DNA of 64,000 nucleotides from Candidatus Latescibacterota bacterium (GCA_965116885.1 OZ220741.1:3328001-3392000); one strand, 5' to 3'. Shown: positions 28,799 through 38,810, counted from the first letter of the stretch. The notes: generated by a model not told the origin, from the sequence alone. Program-made: numbers and translations.

Positions 28799-30031
28799 AT
28801 GCTCACTTCCGACCTTTTGCTCGTGCGCCGTCGCGGGCCTTATATCGAGCCTCGCTATGTGGATACTACAGCGCCCAATATTATCGCGCTGGCAGAGGAA
28901 ATTATCGATATCTTCTCCGATCACCAGGGCAAGTCGCGCGGTGAATTACACAGTGCTCTGGACATGCGTGCGGCCGAGGCGACCGATTATCGCGTTCAGC
29001 GTGGCCTGACGAAATTGCTCGAAGACGACCGCTGTGAGTTTCGCATTGACAGCATTGTAGAACCCGAAGAAGTTCGCACACAGGTTTTTGGCCTCAGCCG
29101 AGAGAATCACCCTATTGTCAGGGAATCTGATCTCCTCTATCCCGTCACGCGCGAACACGTTCTTGATCAGGTCGCGCTCAAATATCAGACCTCGTCGGAA
29201 AATATCTCGCATAGCCTCTACGCAGACCTTCCCGTCAATCACTATCTCGATCGCTTTGACGCCCCCGATCCCGCGTGGTTGCTCAATCGCTACAATGTCG
29301 CACTCGCGCAGGCTATGTTCTATCGCTGTACCCGCATGCGACTCTCAGTGCATCGCAACTTGCCCGTGCGCTACAAACAGCTTTTCAAGTTTATCAAATT
29401 TTATCGCTTGATTCACGATATCCGCGGCGACCGGGATGCGGGATACGAAATCGTCCTCGATGGTCCCGTAAGTCTGTTTCGTCTCTCGCAAAAATACGGC
29501 ATTCAGATGGCTGTTTTTTTACCTGCGTTGCTCTTGTGTACCCGCTGGAAAATGGAGGCTACGGTCAAACTCAAAGATGGCCGCGAAGGCGATTTTGTCC
29601 TGGACGACAATCACAATTTGGTTTCGCACTACAAAGATCAGACCATGTACGATTCTCTTCTCGAAGAGACCTTTGCTACGCGCTTTGAAAAAGCCAAAAC
29701 CGACTGGGAACTCGAACGCGAAACAGAAATTGTGAATCTCAAAAATACGGTCTTCATCCCCGATTTTGCATTCCGCCATCCCGATGGCCGCACGGCACTG
29801 CTCGAGATTGTCGGTTTCTGGCATCCCGATTATCTGAGGCGCAAACTCGACAAGCTCCGCCGCGCTAATCGCAAAGACCTCGTCGTCGCTGTCTCCCGCG
29901 ATCTCAATGTCCAGGAAGAAGATTTCGAGGATGTGCCCGGGCATGTTTTCTTTTTTAAAACCCGAATCCAACCCCAGGATGTCGCCCGACGCCTCGATCA
30001 AATTCGCCCCGAAGATTGCGTAAATGATTGA
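28799..30031 (+). CDS. DUF790 (Bax1-like) endonuclease
   Basis: MLTSDLL, LYADL, RYNVALAQ, LDGPVSLF...KYG, YDSLLE..F, IPDF...LEIVGFW (PD-(D/E)xK-like). Confidence 0.85.
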   Translation: MLTSDLLLVRRRGPYIEPRYVDTTAPNIIALAEEIIDIFSDHQGKSRGELHSALDMRAAEATDYRVQRGLTKLLEDDRCEFRIDSIVEPEEVRTQVFGLSRENHPIVRESDLLYPVTREHVLDQVALKYQTSSENISHSLYADLPVNHYLDRFDAPDPAWLLNRYNVALAQAMFYRCTRMRLSVHRNLPVRYKQLFKFIKFYRLIHDIRGDRDAGYEIVLDGPVSLFRLSQKYGIQMAVFLPALLLCTRWKMEATVKLKDGREGDFVLDDNHNLVSHYKDQTMYDSLLEETFATRFEKAKTDWELERETEIVNLKNTVFIPDFAFRHPDGRTALLEIVGFWHPDYLRRKLDKLRRANRKDLVVAVSRDLNVQEEDFEDVPGHVFFFKTRIQPQDVARRLDQIRPEDCVND

Positions 30032-30140
30032 ACATTGCGCGGGGAAATTGTATATTTGAAACTTCTGTTCTGTTCACAGCATCCCAAAATAGACAGACCT
30101 GCAAAATTCACAACGCGGTTCACTTTCAAAGGAGTGCATT

Positions 30141-33035
30141 ATGCGTAGATTATTTACCTTTACACTTTTCACTCTTACACTGGCTTCACCCGTCTTCGCC
30201 GGATTTACGCGCGTTAATGCGCCCAATCCCGACGATCCGATGAATGTACACATTTACAGACTCGACAATGGCCTTACCGTTTATCTCACCGAAAACCACG
30301 AAGAACCGCGTTTTTATGCCGAAATCCCCGTGCGTGCGGGAAGCAAACACGATCCCGCCGAATCTACGGGTCTGGCGCATTATTTGGAACACATGCTTTT
30401 TAAGGGGACGCAAAATATCGGGACATTGAATTACAAAAAAGAAAAAATGCACATTGACCGCATTATTGCGCTCTACGAAGATCACTTTCGGGAAACCGAT
30501 CCCGAAAAACGCAAGGCCATTTATGCAGAGATCAACAAAGCGTCTCAACAGGCCGCACAATACGCTATTCCCAACGAACTCGACAAGCTCTACAAAGCTA
30601 TGGGCGAGAGTGGCTTGAATGCACACACCTGGCACGAAGAAACCGTGTATAAAGTGGGGTTGCCCAGCAATTATCTCAAACATTGGGCAGAAATTGAGTC
30701 CGAACGGTTTCAAAATCCCGTGTTTCGCCTGTTCCAACCCGAACTGGAAGTGGTATATGAGGAGAAGAACCGCACATTGGATAACAAAGGCTGGCTCATC
30801 AGCGAGGCTGTGAATAAACATCTGTACAAAAAGCATCCCTACGGCCAGCAAACCACGATCGGCGAGGTTGAGCATCTCAAAAACCCCTCGCTCAAAAATA
30901 TGTACCAATTTTACGACACTTATTACGTGCCCAATAATATGGCGATTTGTATTTCTGGCGATATTGACATCGACGCGACGATTCAACTGATTGACGAACA
31001 TTTCTCAGCATGGAAAGCCAAAGATATTCCCGCACTCCAAACATGGGAAGAACCGCCCCTTAAAGGTGCTGAGCGCGTCACGGTCAAATTTCAGGGCGAA
31101 GAATACGTACTTCTGGCTTTTCGCACAAATCACCGCAGCCACAAAGATGCCGAAGCTCTAAAGCTGATTGATATGATCCTGGACAATCGCACTGCGGGGC
31201 TTATCAATCTCAATCTCGTGCAGCAGCAGAAAGTACGACGCGCTGGTAGTTATCCCTACTTACATAATGACTACGGCACGCAATATCTGTGGGGTATTCC
31301 AAAAAAAGATCAAACACTCGCAGATGTTGAGCAACTTTTGCTGGATCAGATTGCCATGATCAAACGCGGGGAATTTGACGAAAGCCTGCTGTCTGCGATT
31401 GTCACAGATTTTAAAAAGAATCAAAAACGAGGTTTGGAATCCAATCGCAGCCGTGTCAGACAAATGACCAGTGCGTTTCTGGGATTTGCCGAATGGGATC
31501 AAGAGGTTGCTGAAATTGCCCGAATGGAAAAAATCACGCGAGAAGATATCGTGCGTGTAGCCAACCATTATTTTGGCGAGGACTATGTTGCGGGCTATCG
31601 CATTGACGAACAACACGAGTTGCCCAAAATCGACAAGCCCAAAATCGACAAAATTGATATTGATCCGACCCGCCAATCCGAATTTGCAAAAGATGTATTG
31701 GCTATGCCTACCGATGAACTTTCTCCCGTTTTTGTCACCGATAAAGACTATACCATTGCACAGGTGCGGGACGGTGTGAAACTCTACTATGTGAAAAACC
31801 CGGTTAACGACCTTTTCACGTTTACACTCAGTGTGGATATGGGTACGTATCAGGATAATCGACTCAGCACGGCCAGGTCGCTTCTGGACAAATCTGGTGC
31901 CGGCGATCTGTCTCCCGATGCGCTGAAGAAAGAATGGTACAAACTGGGTACGGATTTCAATATTGGCGTGTCAGACAATGAGACCAATGTTAGCATTTCC
32001 GGTTTAGATGAAAATTTTGGGGCTTCTCTTTCACTGATGATGAAATACGTCCAGAGCCCGACTGCAGATCAGGCCACGCTCGATGAACTCGTCAAAATCA
32101 CCCTTGTGCAACGCGAAGATCAAAAAAAGGATCCCCGGTCTCTGCGCAATGCCCTGCGTTTCTACAGTCGCTATGGCGACAATTCGTCGTACAAGCGCCG
32201 CATTTCTTCTGAAGCATTGCAAAAGCTCACGGTTGCGGAATTACACGGTTTGATATCCAGTCTGCCGACCTATGAACATGTCCTGATTTACGGTGGTTCC
32301 AGGTCGCTGGACGATGTTCTTTCTACGATCAAAGAGCATTTTTCCAACAGTGGTGACTTAAAAACGCCTTCTGCTTATGAACGTCTCGTAGTTCACGCGC
32401 CGGACAAAACCGAAATCCGATTCTTTCACAAAGAAACAGCTCAGTCTCAGGTCTTTGTCGAGTCTGGAGGCGTTGTGTTCGATGCAGCCCTCCGTCCGGC
32501 TATTGATCTCTACAATGATTATTTTGCCGGAGGTATGTCGGGCATTGTTTTTCAGGAGTTGCGCGAAGCCCGCGCACTGGCTTATTCTACATTTGCGCGG
32601 TATGACCTCGGCGATCGCAGCAATGATCAGAATGTCATGTGGGGATATATTGGCTGCCAGGCCGACAAAACCCCGGAGGCAGTTACTGCACTGGTCGAGT
32701 TGATTGACGATTTGCCCGAATCGCCCGAGCGTTTTGCAGAAGCCAAAAATTCTGTGGTCAATCGCTATCGCGTCGCGAAGATCAAATACCGCGAGTTGCC
32801 CGGTGTGTTGCGTATTTGGGAACGGCGCAACCAGATGCCCGATCCGCGAAAAGAGCGGTTTGATCACATTCTCCAGGCTGAGATGCCGAGTGTGCTTGAT
32901 TTCCACAAGCAACATATTGCCAGACGTCCCAAACTCATTTCTATTATGGGCGATACAACCAAATTTGATCTCACCAGTCTGAGGACCCTCGGCGCAGTTA
33001 CGCCCGTAACACTGGATGATTTGTTTGTGGATTAG
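30141..33035 (+). CDS. exported M16 (insulinase) family zinc peptidase
   Basis: Signal peptide, LDNGL, HYLEH (HxxEH), LNAHT, QELREARALAYS. Confidence 0.92.
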   Translation: MRRLFTFTLFTLTLASPVFAGFTRVNAPNPDDPMNVHIYRLDNGLTVYLTENHEEPRFYAEIPVRAGSKHDPAESTGLAHYLEHMLFKGTQNIGTLNYKKEKMHIDRIIALYEDHFRETDPEKRKAIYAEINKASQQAAQYAIPNELDKLYKAMGESGLNAHTWHEETVYKVGLPSNYLKHWAEIESERFQNPVFRLFQPELEVVYEEKNRTLDNKGWLISEAVNKHLYKKHPYGQQTTIGEVEHLKNPSLKNMYQFYDTYYVPNNMAICISGDIDIDATIQLIDEHFSAWKAKDIPALQTWEEPPLKGAERVTVKFQGEEYVLLAFRTNHRSHKDAEALKLIDMILDNRTAGLINLNLVQQQKVRRAGSYPYLHNDYGTQYLWGIPKKDQTLADVEQLLLDQIAMIKRGEFDESLLSAIVTDFKKNQKRGLESNRSRVRQMTSAFLGFAEWDQEVAEIARMEKITREDIVRVANHYFGEDYVAGYRIDEQHELPKIDKPKIDKIDIDPTRQSEFAKDVLAMPTDELSPVFVTDKDYTIAQVRDGVKLYYVKNPVNDLFTFTLSVDMGTYQDNRLSTARSLLDKSGAGDLSPDALKKEWYKLGTDFNIGVSDNETNVSISGLDENFGASLSLMMKYVQSPTADQATLDELVKITLVQREDQKKDPRSLRNALRFYSRYGDNSSYKRRISSEALQKLTVAELHGLISSLPTYEHVLIYGGSRSLDDVLSTIKEHFSNSGDLKTPSAYERLVVHAPDKTEIRFFHKETAQSQVFVESGGVVFDAALRPAIDLYNDYFAGGMSGIVFQELREARALAYSTFARYDLGDRSNDQNVMWGYIGCQADKTPEAVTALVELIDDLPESPERFAEAKNSVVNRYRVAKIKYRELPGVLRIWERRNQMPDPRKERFDHILQAEMPSVLDFHKQHIARRPKLISIMGDTTKFDLTSLRTLGAVTPVTLDDLFVD

Positions 33036-33045
33036 GAGTGATCAG

Positions 33046-34137
33046 ATGAAAATCACCGAGGTAAAAACATATCATTTGCGATATCCCTTGCGAGAGAAGA
33101 TCGCGATTTCGAGGGGATGGTCCACGAGCCGACAGGCGCAGGTCGTGGAGATCGCTACGGATAGTGGTTTGGTTGGGTGGGGTGAGGGGACAGGCGAAAT
33201 CCATCGATCTGCGATTGATGCGCATATTGTGGGGCGCAGTCCGTTTGATTGTGGCGCGATCTATCAGGCGTTGTCCGATGACGGGGTAAGTCCGCAGGCG
33301 ATCAGTGGGATAGATATTGCGTTGTGGGATTTGATGGGCAAGGCTCTCGATATGCCGGTGTATCAATTGTTGGGCGGAAAGGTGAGAGATAAGATTCCCG
33401 CGTATGCCACCGGGTTATTTCGCATAGATCGCCCCGATGTGACACAGGCACTCGTCGATGAGGCAAAGGGATATGTCGATATGGGTTTTCCGGCGATGAA
33501 AATGAAGATCGGATTTGGCGCGGCTTACGATGTGAAAAATGTGACGGCAATTCGGCAGGCAATAGGCGATGATGTGTTATTTGCCGTGGATGCCAATTGC
33601 GGGTATGATGTGGGGACGGCTATCGATGTGGGGCACAAGATCGCACACAATGATTTGTTCTGGTATGAAGAGCCGATACCAACGGATGATGTGCGCGGGT
33701 ATTTGCAGGTGAAAGATGCGTTGCCTATACGCATTGCGGGCGCGGAAGGGCTGGGTGGACGTTGGGCGTTTCGCGAGTTGATTCAGCAGCGGGCACTTGA
33801 TATTGTGCAGCCCGATATCAGTATTGCGGGTGGGTTTAGCGAGTGTCGCATTATTGCGGCGATGGCGAGCGCAAATTATGTGCGGGTTTTGCCGCATATG
33901 TGGGGCAGTCATATTCGGTTGGCGGCGACTGTCCACTGGCAGGCTACCATTCCCGATGCGCCAGATGCGTTGAATCCAATTCCGTCTCTGTTTGAGTACG
34001 ATATGACAGAAAATGAGTTGCGAACGGAGTTGGCTGTAAACCCGATCCAGGCGGTGGATGGCGAAGTGCCCGTGCCCGATGCGCCGGGATTGGGTATTGA
34101 GATTGATCGAGATGTGTTGGAAAAATACGCTGTTTGA
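33046..34137 (+). CDS. mandelate racemase/enolase-superfamily enzyme (galactarolactone cycloisomerase-like)
   Basis: GIDIALWDL.GK, KMK, VDAN, WYEEP, GAE, QPD, PHMWG, PGLGIE. Confidence 0.88.
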   Translation: MKITEVKTYHLRYPLREKIAISRGWSTSRQAQVVEIATDSGLVGWGEGTGEIHRSAIDAHIVGRSPFDCGAIYQALSDDGVSPQAISGIDIALWDLMGKALDMPVYQLLGGKVRDKIPAYATGLFRIDRPDVTQALVDEAKGYVDMGFPAMKMKIGFGAAYDVKNVTAIRQAIGDDVLFAVDANCGYDVGTAIDVGHKIAHNDLFWYEEPIPTDDVRGYLQVKDALPIRIAGAEGLGGRWAFRELIQQRALDIVQPDISIAGGFSECRIIAAMASANYVRVLPHMWGSHIRLAATVHWQATIPDAPDALNPIPSLFEYDMTENELRTELAVNPIQAVDGEVPVPDAPGLGIEIDRDVLEKYAV

Positions 34138-34172
34138 GTTGACGTTCGATAACATAAACACAAGGGACTAAG

Positions 34173-35339
34173 ATGAAAATTCACGAATATCAGGCTAAAG
34201 AAGTTCTCAAATCTTTTGGTGTGCCCGTGCCCAATGGCGCGGTTGCTCGTACTCCCGAGGAGGCCGAATCTATCGCCAAAGACCTCGGCGGTGCAGTGGT
34301 TGTCAAAGCGCAGATCCACGCAGGTGGCCGCGGCAAGGGGGGCGGTATTAAACTCGCAGCCGACCCTGCCGAAGCCAGAGAAGTGGCATCAGAAATTATT
34401 GGCATGCAACTCGTTACTCCGCAGACGGGTTCTGAGGGTCAAAAAGTCAAATCCGTTTGGGTGGAAAATGCGACGGATATTGACCGCGAATTATATTTGG
34501 GTATTGTGCTGGACCGCGCGCAGTCGCGTCTGGTCGTTATGGCTTCCCGTGCGGGTGGCATGGATATTGAGGAGGTTGCTGCGACGACTCCGGAAAAAAT
34601 CCTCAAAGAGGTCGTTCATCCCGGTGTTGGTCTCCAGCCTTTTCAGGCGCGGCATCTCGCACTCGGTCTGGGGCTTGAAGGCGATCAACTCAAACAGGGG
34701 GTTGGTTTTATAACCGCCCTTTACAATGCCTATGAAGAGACCGATTGTTCGCTCGCAGAAATCAATCCTCTCGTGGTGTCCAAAAGTGGTGAGGTTCTGG
34801 CGTTGGATGCCAAGATGAATTTCGATGATAGCGCGATGTATCGCCATTTGAATATCCATGAATTGCGCGATGTTGACGAGGAAGACCCGCTCGAGGTCGA
34901 AGCCTCAAAATATGATCTTAATTATATCAAACTCGATGGGGAAGTCGGCTGTATGGTCAATGGCGCAGGTCTGGCGATGGCTACGATGGATATTGTCAAA
35001 TACGCGGGGTCGTCACCGGCAAATTTTCTCGATGTTGGTGGAGGAACCAATGTCGAGCGCGTCAAGAATGCGATGCGTATTCTCACGTCCGACGAATCGG
35101 TCAAAGCTGTGCTGATCAATATTTTTGGCGGTATTGTGCGCTGCGACCGCGTGGCAGAAGGCGTTGTTGCCGCGCTTGAAGATATCGAAATCAATGTGCC
35201 GCTGGTGGTGCGACTGCAGGGGACGAATGCCGAAGAAGGCGCGCAAATTCTCGAAAATTCAGGTCTTGAATTTACCGTTGCCCGAAAACTTCAGGAAGCC
35301 GCTGAAGCTGTTGTTGCGGCTGTACAGAACGCCGCATAG
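34173..35339 (+). CDS. sucC: succinate--CoA ligase beta subunit
   Basis: MKIHEYQAK, KAQIHAGGRGKGGG, MVNGAGLAMATMD, NIFGGIVRCD. Confidence 0.97.
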   Translation: MKIHEYQAKEVLKSFGVPVPNGAVARTPEEAESIAKDLGGAVVVKAQIHAGGRGKGGGIKLAADPAEAREVASEIIGMQLVTPQTGSEGQKVKSVWVENATDIDRELYLGIVLDRAQSRLVVMASRAGGMDIEEVAATTPEKILKEVVHPGVGLQPFQARHLALGLGLEGDQLKQGVGFITALYNAYEETDCSLAEINPLVVSKSGEVLALDAKMNFDDSAMYRHLNIHELRDVDEEDPLEVEASKYDLNYIKLDGEVGCMVNGAGLAMATMDIVKYAGSSPANFLDVGGGTNVERVKNAMRILTSDESVKAVLINIFGGIVRCDRVAEGVVAALEDIEINVPLVVRLQGTNAEEGAQILENSGLEFTVARKLQEAAEAVVAAVQNAA

Positions 35340-35363
35340 ACCCGGGTTCAGGGCGTAAAATGC

Positions 35364-35396
35364 AAAGGGGCGCATGATGACAGCGCGCTCCTTTTT
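35364..35396 (+). terminator. probable intrinsic terminator after sucC
   Basis: aaaggggcgc...gcgctccttttt. Confidence 0.6.
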
Positions 35397-35410
35397 GTTG
35401 TGTCTTTTGT

Positions 35411-35443
35411 TGACAATATGGCAATGATTTAGACAATATGGCA
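35411..35443. promoter_or_regulatory. direct repeat GACAATATGGCA x2 (20-bp period), candidate bEBP enhancer
   Basis: Copies at 35412-35423 and 35432-35443; first unit is pseudo-palindromic TGACA-ATA-TGGCA. Confidence 0.55.
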
Positions 35444-35520
35444 GGATTTTCAAAATTGTACAAATTTCAAATTAAAAATAAATAGTTGTTCTATATCAAA
35501 TTACAAATTTTCGGTCTTTA

Positions 35521-35536
35521 TGGTATATATATTGCT
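35521..35536 (+). promoter_or_regulatory. sigma54 (-24/-12)-type promoter
   Basis: TGGTATATATATTGCT, GG-N10-GC, TGG..AT-N5-TTGCT. Confidence 0.55.
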
Positions 35537-35626
35537 TTATAGAATGCGTGTTTAACCCCTCACTGCAATCCTATCTAAAGGGGAACACCCAGAGAAGATC
35601 GCCTCTACTGAAAAATTCTTCGCAAT

Positions 35627-35905
35627 TTGAGGCTCTATATTGACGCTCAGGAGATTGGGTTTGAGTACATCCTCAATCCCGATACTCAAGAACTGCATCG
35701 TGTTGATCCTCAAAATTTTTGGGAATCGCACAACTTAGAAATTGCTGATTTGGAGAACTTTATTGGTTTGACAAATGTTGGTATTCTGCCGATCCATAAA
35801 TTCAAAGATGGTGTAGGAGTACCAGTTTACGATCTCCAGACACGCGATTTGATTGGTGCCTATCGAATCAACAAATGTAAACACTGTTTCTCATCGGCAA
35901 ACTGA
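35627..35905 (+). CDS. small hypothetical protein with His and CxxC motifs (possibly the 3' part of a frameshifted gene starting at 35548)
   Basis: YILNPDTQELH...SH...CKHC; TTG start lacks an SD. Confidence 0.55.
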   Translation: MRLYIDAQEIGFEYILNPDTQELHRVDPQNFWESHNLEIADLENFIGLTNVGILPIHKFKDGVGVPVYDLQTRDLIGAYRINKCKHCFSSAN

Positions 35906-36041
35906 GGTAATACTTCCGAAATTAGGCGCAAAACAGAAGAAACTATTGATGTGACTTTGGTTTGATATCTTTTGTGAACTTCGCCATCAAATACTGTATT
36001 TGGGTTGGGACTCAAAAGTGACTAAACATGGGAGATAAATT

Positions 36042-38810
36042 ATGACCGAATGTACATGGAATGGTGCACGATGGTGGAAGTTCGATATTCACGCGCATAC
36101 CCCAGCCTCTAAGGATTATGGGAAGGGTAATAGCCAGCCATCACTTCAGGACTTATCTCCCAAGAAATGGTTGCTCAACTACATGCGAGCCGGTATAGAT
36201 TGTATTGCGATTACAGATCACAACACTGGCGCTTGGATTGATCCTGTCAAGAAGGCACTCGGCGAACTCGAGTCAGAGAAACCGGAGGGTTTCAGACCAC
36301 TTTACGTGTTTCCTGGTGTGGAAATTTCGATCTACGGCGGTGTGCATCTCTTGGCGATTTTGGGATGCGATAAGACCACGTCGGACATTGACTCCCTCCT
36401 CGGCGCCGTTGGATTTCCTTCTACAAAGAAAGGTTCGAGCGACGCTGTCACAACCAAGACATTTACCGAAGTAGTAGAGGCCATTATCGCGGCAAATGGC
36501 ATTGCTATTCCCGCTCATGTGGATGATTGCAACGGGCTTTTTCGGTTGCAGGGAACGACATTGCAGCAAGTATTGGACTGCAAAGATATTTTCGCCATGG
36601 AGGTAAGGAATCCAACATATCCGAAACCACAAACTTATAAGGTCAAAGATCTAAGTTGGACAGAAATCCTTGGCTCGGATGCTCACCACCCTTCAGGTAA
36701 CGTGGGACAGTCATTTCCGGGCAGCCACTTTACTTGGATCAAGATGGGGTTGCCCAGCATTGAGGGGTTACGGTTGGCCTTATTGGACGGTGCGCTTTCC
36801 GTGGAACGCTCCGACCAAAATACAGGCGACTTGAACGAGTACGCGCCATTGACATTGGATGCCATCGAAGTTTCTAAAGCCCGCTACATGGGACGCTCCC
36901 AGTCCTTCACGATTGGGTTCAATCCCTGGTTTAATGCCATCATTGGAGGCCGGGGCACAGGTAAATCGACTGTTGTGGAGTTCCTTCGTATTGCTTTGCG
37001 TCGGGAAGATGAATTGCCAGAAACTTTGCAATCGGAATTCGAACAGTATAGCAAAGTCTATCCATATAGAGAAGAGAGTGGACTGCTTACAAACGAGGCA
37101 AGCATCCGAGTGATTTGTCGGAAAGACAGCGACCGGTTTCGCATCCAGTGGAATCCATCCGGTGGCCTTGAACCTATTGAACAAGAAATCGATGGACAAT
37201 GGCAACGCGCAGAAGGCGACATTCGGCAACGGTTTCCTGTGCGAATTTATAGCCAGAAACAGGTATTCCAACTCGCAAGAACACCTCTTGCATTACTTAA
37301 AATTATCGATGAAGCTCCAAGAGTTGATTACCATGCCTGGTCTGAAAAACGGAAGGTAGAAGAAAATCGCTTTCTTTCTATACGTGCTAGGTCTAGAGAA
37401 CTCAAGGCCGGTCTTGGCGAAGAGCCTCGTCTTCGGGGAGAACTAGACGACGTAAAACGAAGGCTGGCCATCTTTGAACAGTCGGGACACGCGGAAATTC
37501 TTAAATCCTTTCAAAAACGAAGCCGCCAGTATCGGGAGATTGAGGCCTGGGAAAAAAGCTGGACCGGAATAGGAGAATTATTGCGCAAAGTCGCGGCTGA
37601 AATTGTGCCAGATCTTCCGGAGGATTCCCTTTTCAATTGGGATTCAGCACCAGATAAGGAATTGCAGAAGCATACCGCTAAGACGAGAGATCATCTGGAT
37701 GAAATCCGCAAATCGGTTGAAAATCTGGCATCAAAAACGAATGACATTATCGCAGAGTGGCGAAAAAACAAGGAAAAGTCATCATGGAAACACAGCGTTG
37801 ATGCTGCCACGCAAGCCTACCGAAAGTTGCAAGACGACTTGGCGCAAGAAGGGATTAGCGACCCTGCAGCTTACGGCGAACTCGTGCAGCGTCGGCAAAT
37901 CATTGAGCAACGGTTAAAGGAACTGGATGAACGAAAACAACAGGTTGATGATCTAAATCAGGAAGCTGATGCATGCCTACAAAATTTGTTAAAAATTCGT
38001 CAAGACCTGACGGCATCCCGGCAGAAATTTCTCAAGCAGGTCCTCATGGACAACGAGTATGTCCGGATACAAGTCGCTCCTTACGGAGCGCGAGAGATGG
38101 TCGAAAGTGAGTTTCGCCAAATACTCCAAAGACAGGATGGAACCTTTGAGAAAGACATTGGTTCGCCGGATGGCGAGGGATTGCTTGGTGAACTTTATGA
38201 GAAAGATGATGGTGCAAAGGTAATTGAAGAGAATCTCGTAAACATTAAAACCCATATCAAAAAGATCGCCTCGGGTGAATACGACACAGGAACAGTGGCA
38301 GACCGGCGTTTTGCTACCCATGTCGGTAGTCTTCCGCCTGAATCGCTTGACCGCCTCGACCTGTGGTTTCCGGAAGATTCTTTAGAGGTTCAATATAGCG
38401 CAAGAGGTGATGGACAGCGTTTTCTTTCAATACAGGAAGGTTCGCCCGGTCAAAAGACCGCAGCACTCTTGGCATTTCTGCTTTCTTACGGGAACGAACC
38501 GCTGATCTTAGATCAGCCCGAAGACGATTTGGACAACCACCTCATCTACGATTTGATCGTAACCCAATTACGGGCGATCAAACGCCATCGACAGGTCATA
38601 GTGGTCACGCACAATGCGAATATCGTCGTCAATGGCGATGCCGAGCAGGTGTTAGCACTTGCAGCGCGTGGTGGAGAAACGCAAAAAGAGTGCGAAGGTA
38701 GTCTGCAAGAGCAACAGGTTAGAGATACTATTTGTACCGTCATGGAGGGTGGGCGCAGGGCTTTTGATGATCGTTATCGCCGCATCGCATTGGAAGGACG
38801 ACATGTTTAA
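36042..38810 (+). CDS. PHP phosphoesterase fused to SMC-like ABC ATPase (Ppl/TrlF-like, putative anti-phage protein)
   Basis: PHP motifs DIHAHT, ITDHN, GVE, PAHVD, SDAHH; Walker A GGRGTGKST; long coiled coil; signature SPGQK; Walker B LILDQPEDDLD; VVTHN. Confidence 0.88.
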   Translation: MTECTWNGARWWKFDIHAHTPASKDYGKGNSQPSLQDLSPKKWLLNYMRAGIDCIAITDHNTGAWIDPVKKALGELESEKPEGFRPLYVFPGVEISIYGGVHLLAILGCDKTTSDIDSLLGAVGFPSTKKGSSDAVTTKTFTEVVEAIIAANGIAIPAHVDDCNGLFRLQGTTLQQVLDCKDIFAMEVRNPTYPKPQTYKVKDLSWTEILGSDAHHPSGNVGQSFPGSHFTWIKMGLPSIEGLRLALLDGALSVERSDQNTGDLNEYAPLTLDAIEVSKARYMGRSQSFTIGFNPWFNAIIGGRGTGKSTVVEFLRIALRREDELPETLQSEFEQYSKVYPYREESGLLTNEASIRVICRKDSDRFRIQWNPSGGLEPIEQEIDGQWQRAEGDIRQRFPVRIYSQKQVFQLARTPLALLKIIDEAPRVDYHAWSEKRKVEENRFLSIRARSRELKAGLGEEPRLRGELDDVKRRLAIFEQSGHAEILKSFQKRSRQYREIEAWEKSWTGIGELLRKVAAEIVPDLPEDSLFNWDSAPDKELQKHTAKTRDHLDEIRKSVENLASKTNDIIAEWRKNKEKSSWKHSVDAATQAYRKLQDDLAQEGISDPAAYGELVQRRQIIEQRLKELDERKQQVDDLNQEADACLQNLLKIRQDLTASRQKFLKQVLMDNEYVRIQVAPYGAREMVESEFRQILQRQDGTFEKDIGSPDGEGLLGELYEKDDGAKVIEENLVNIKTHIKKIASGEYDTGTVADRRFATHVGSLPPESLDRLDLWFPEDSLEVQYSARGDGQRFLSIQEGSPGQKTAALLAFLLSYGNEPLILDQPEDDLDNHLIYDLIVTQLRAIKRHRQVIVVTHNANIVVNGDAEQVLALAARGGETQKECEGSLQEQQVRDTICTVMEGGRRAFDDRYRRIALEGRHV

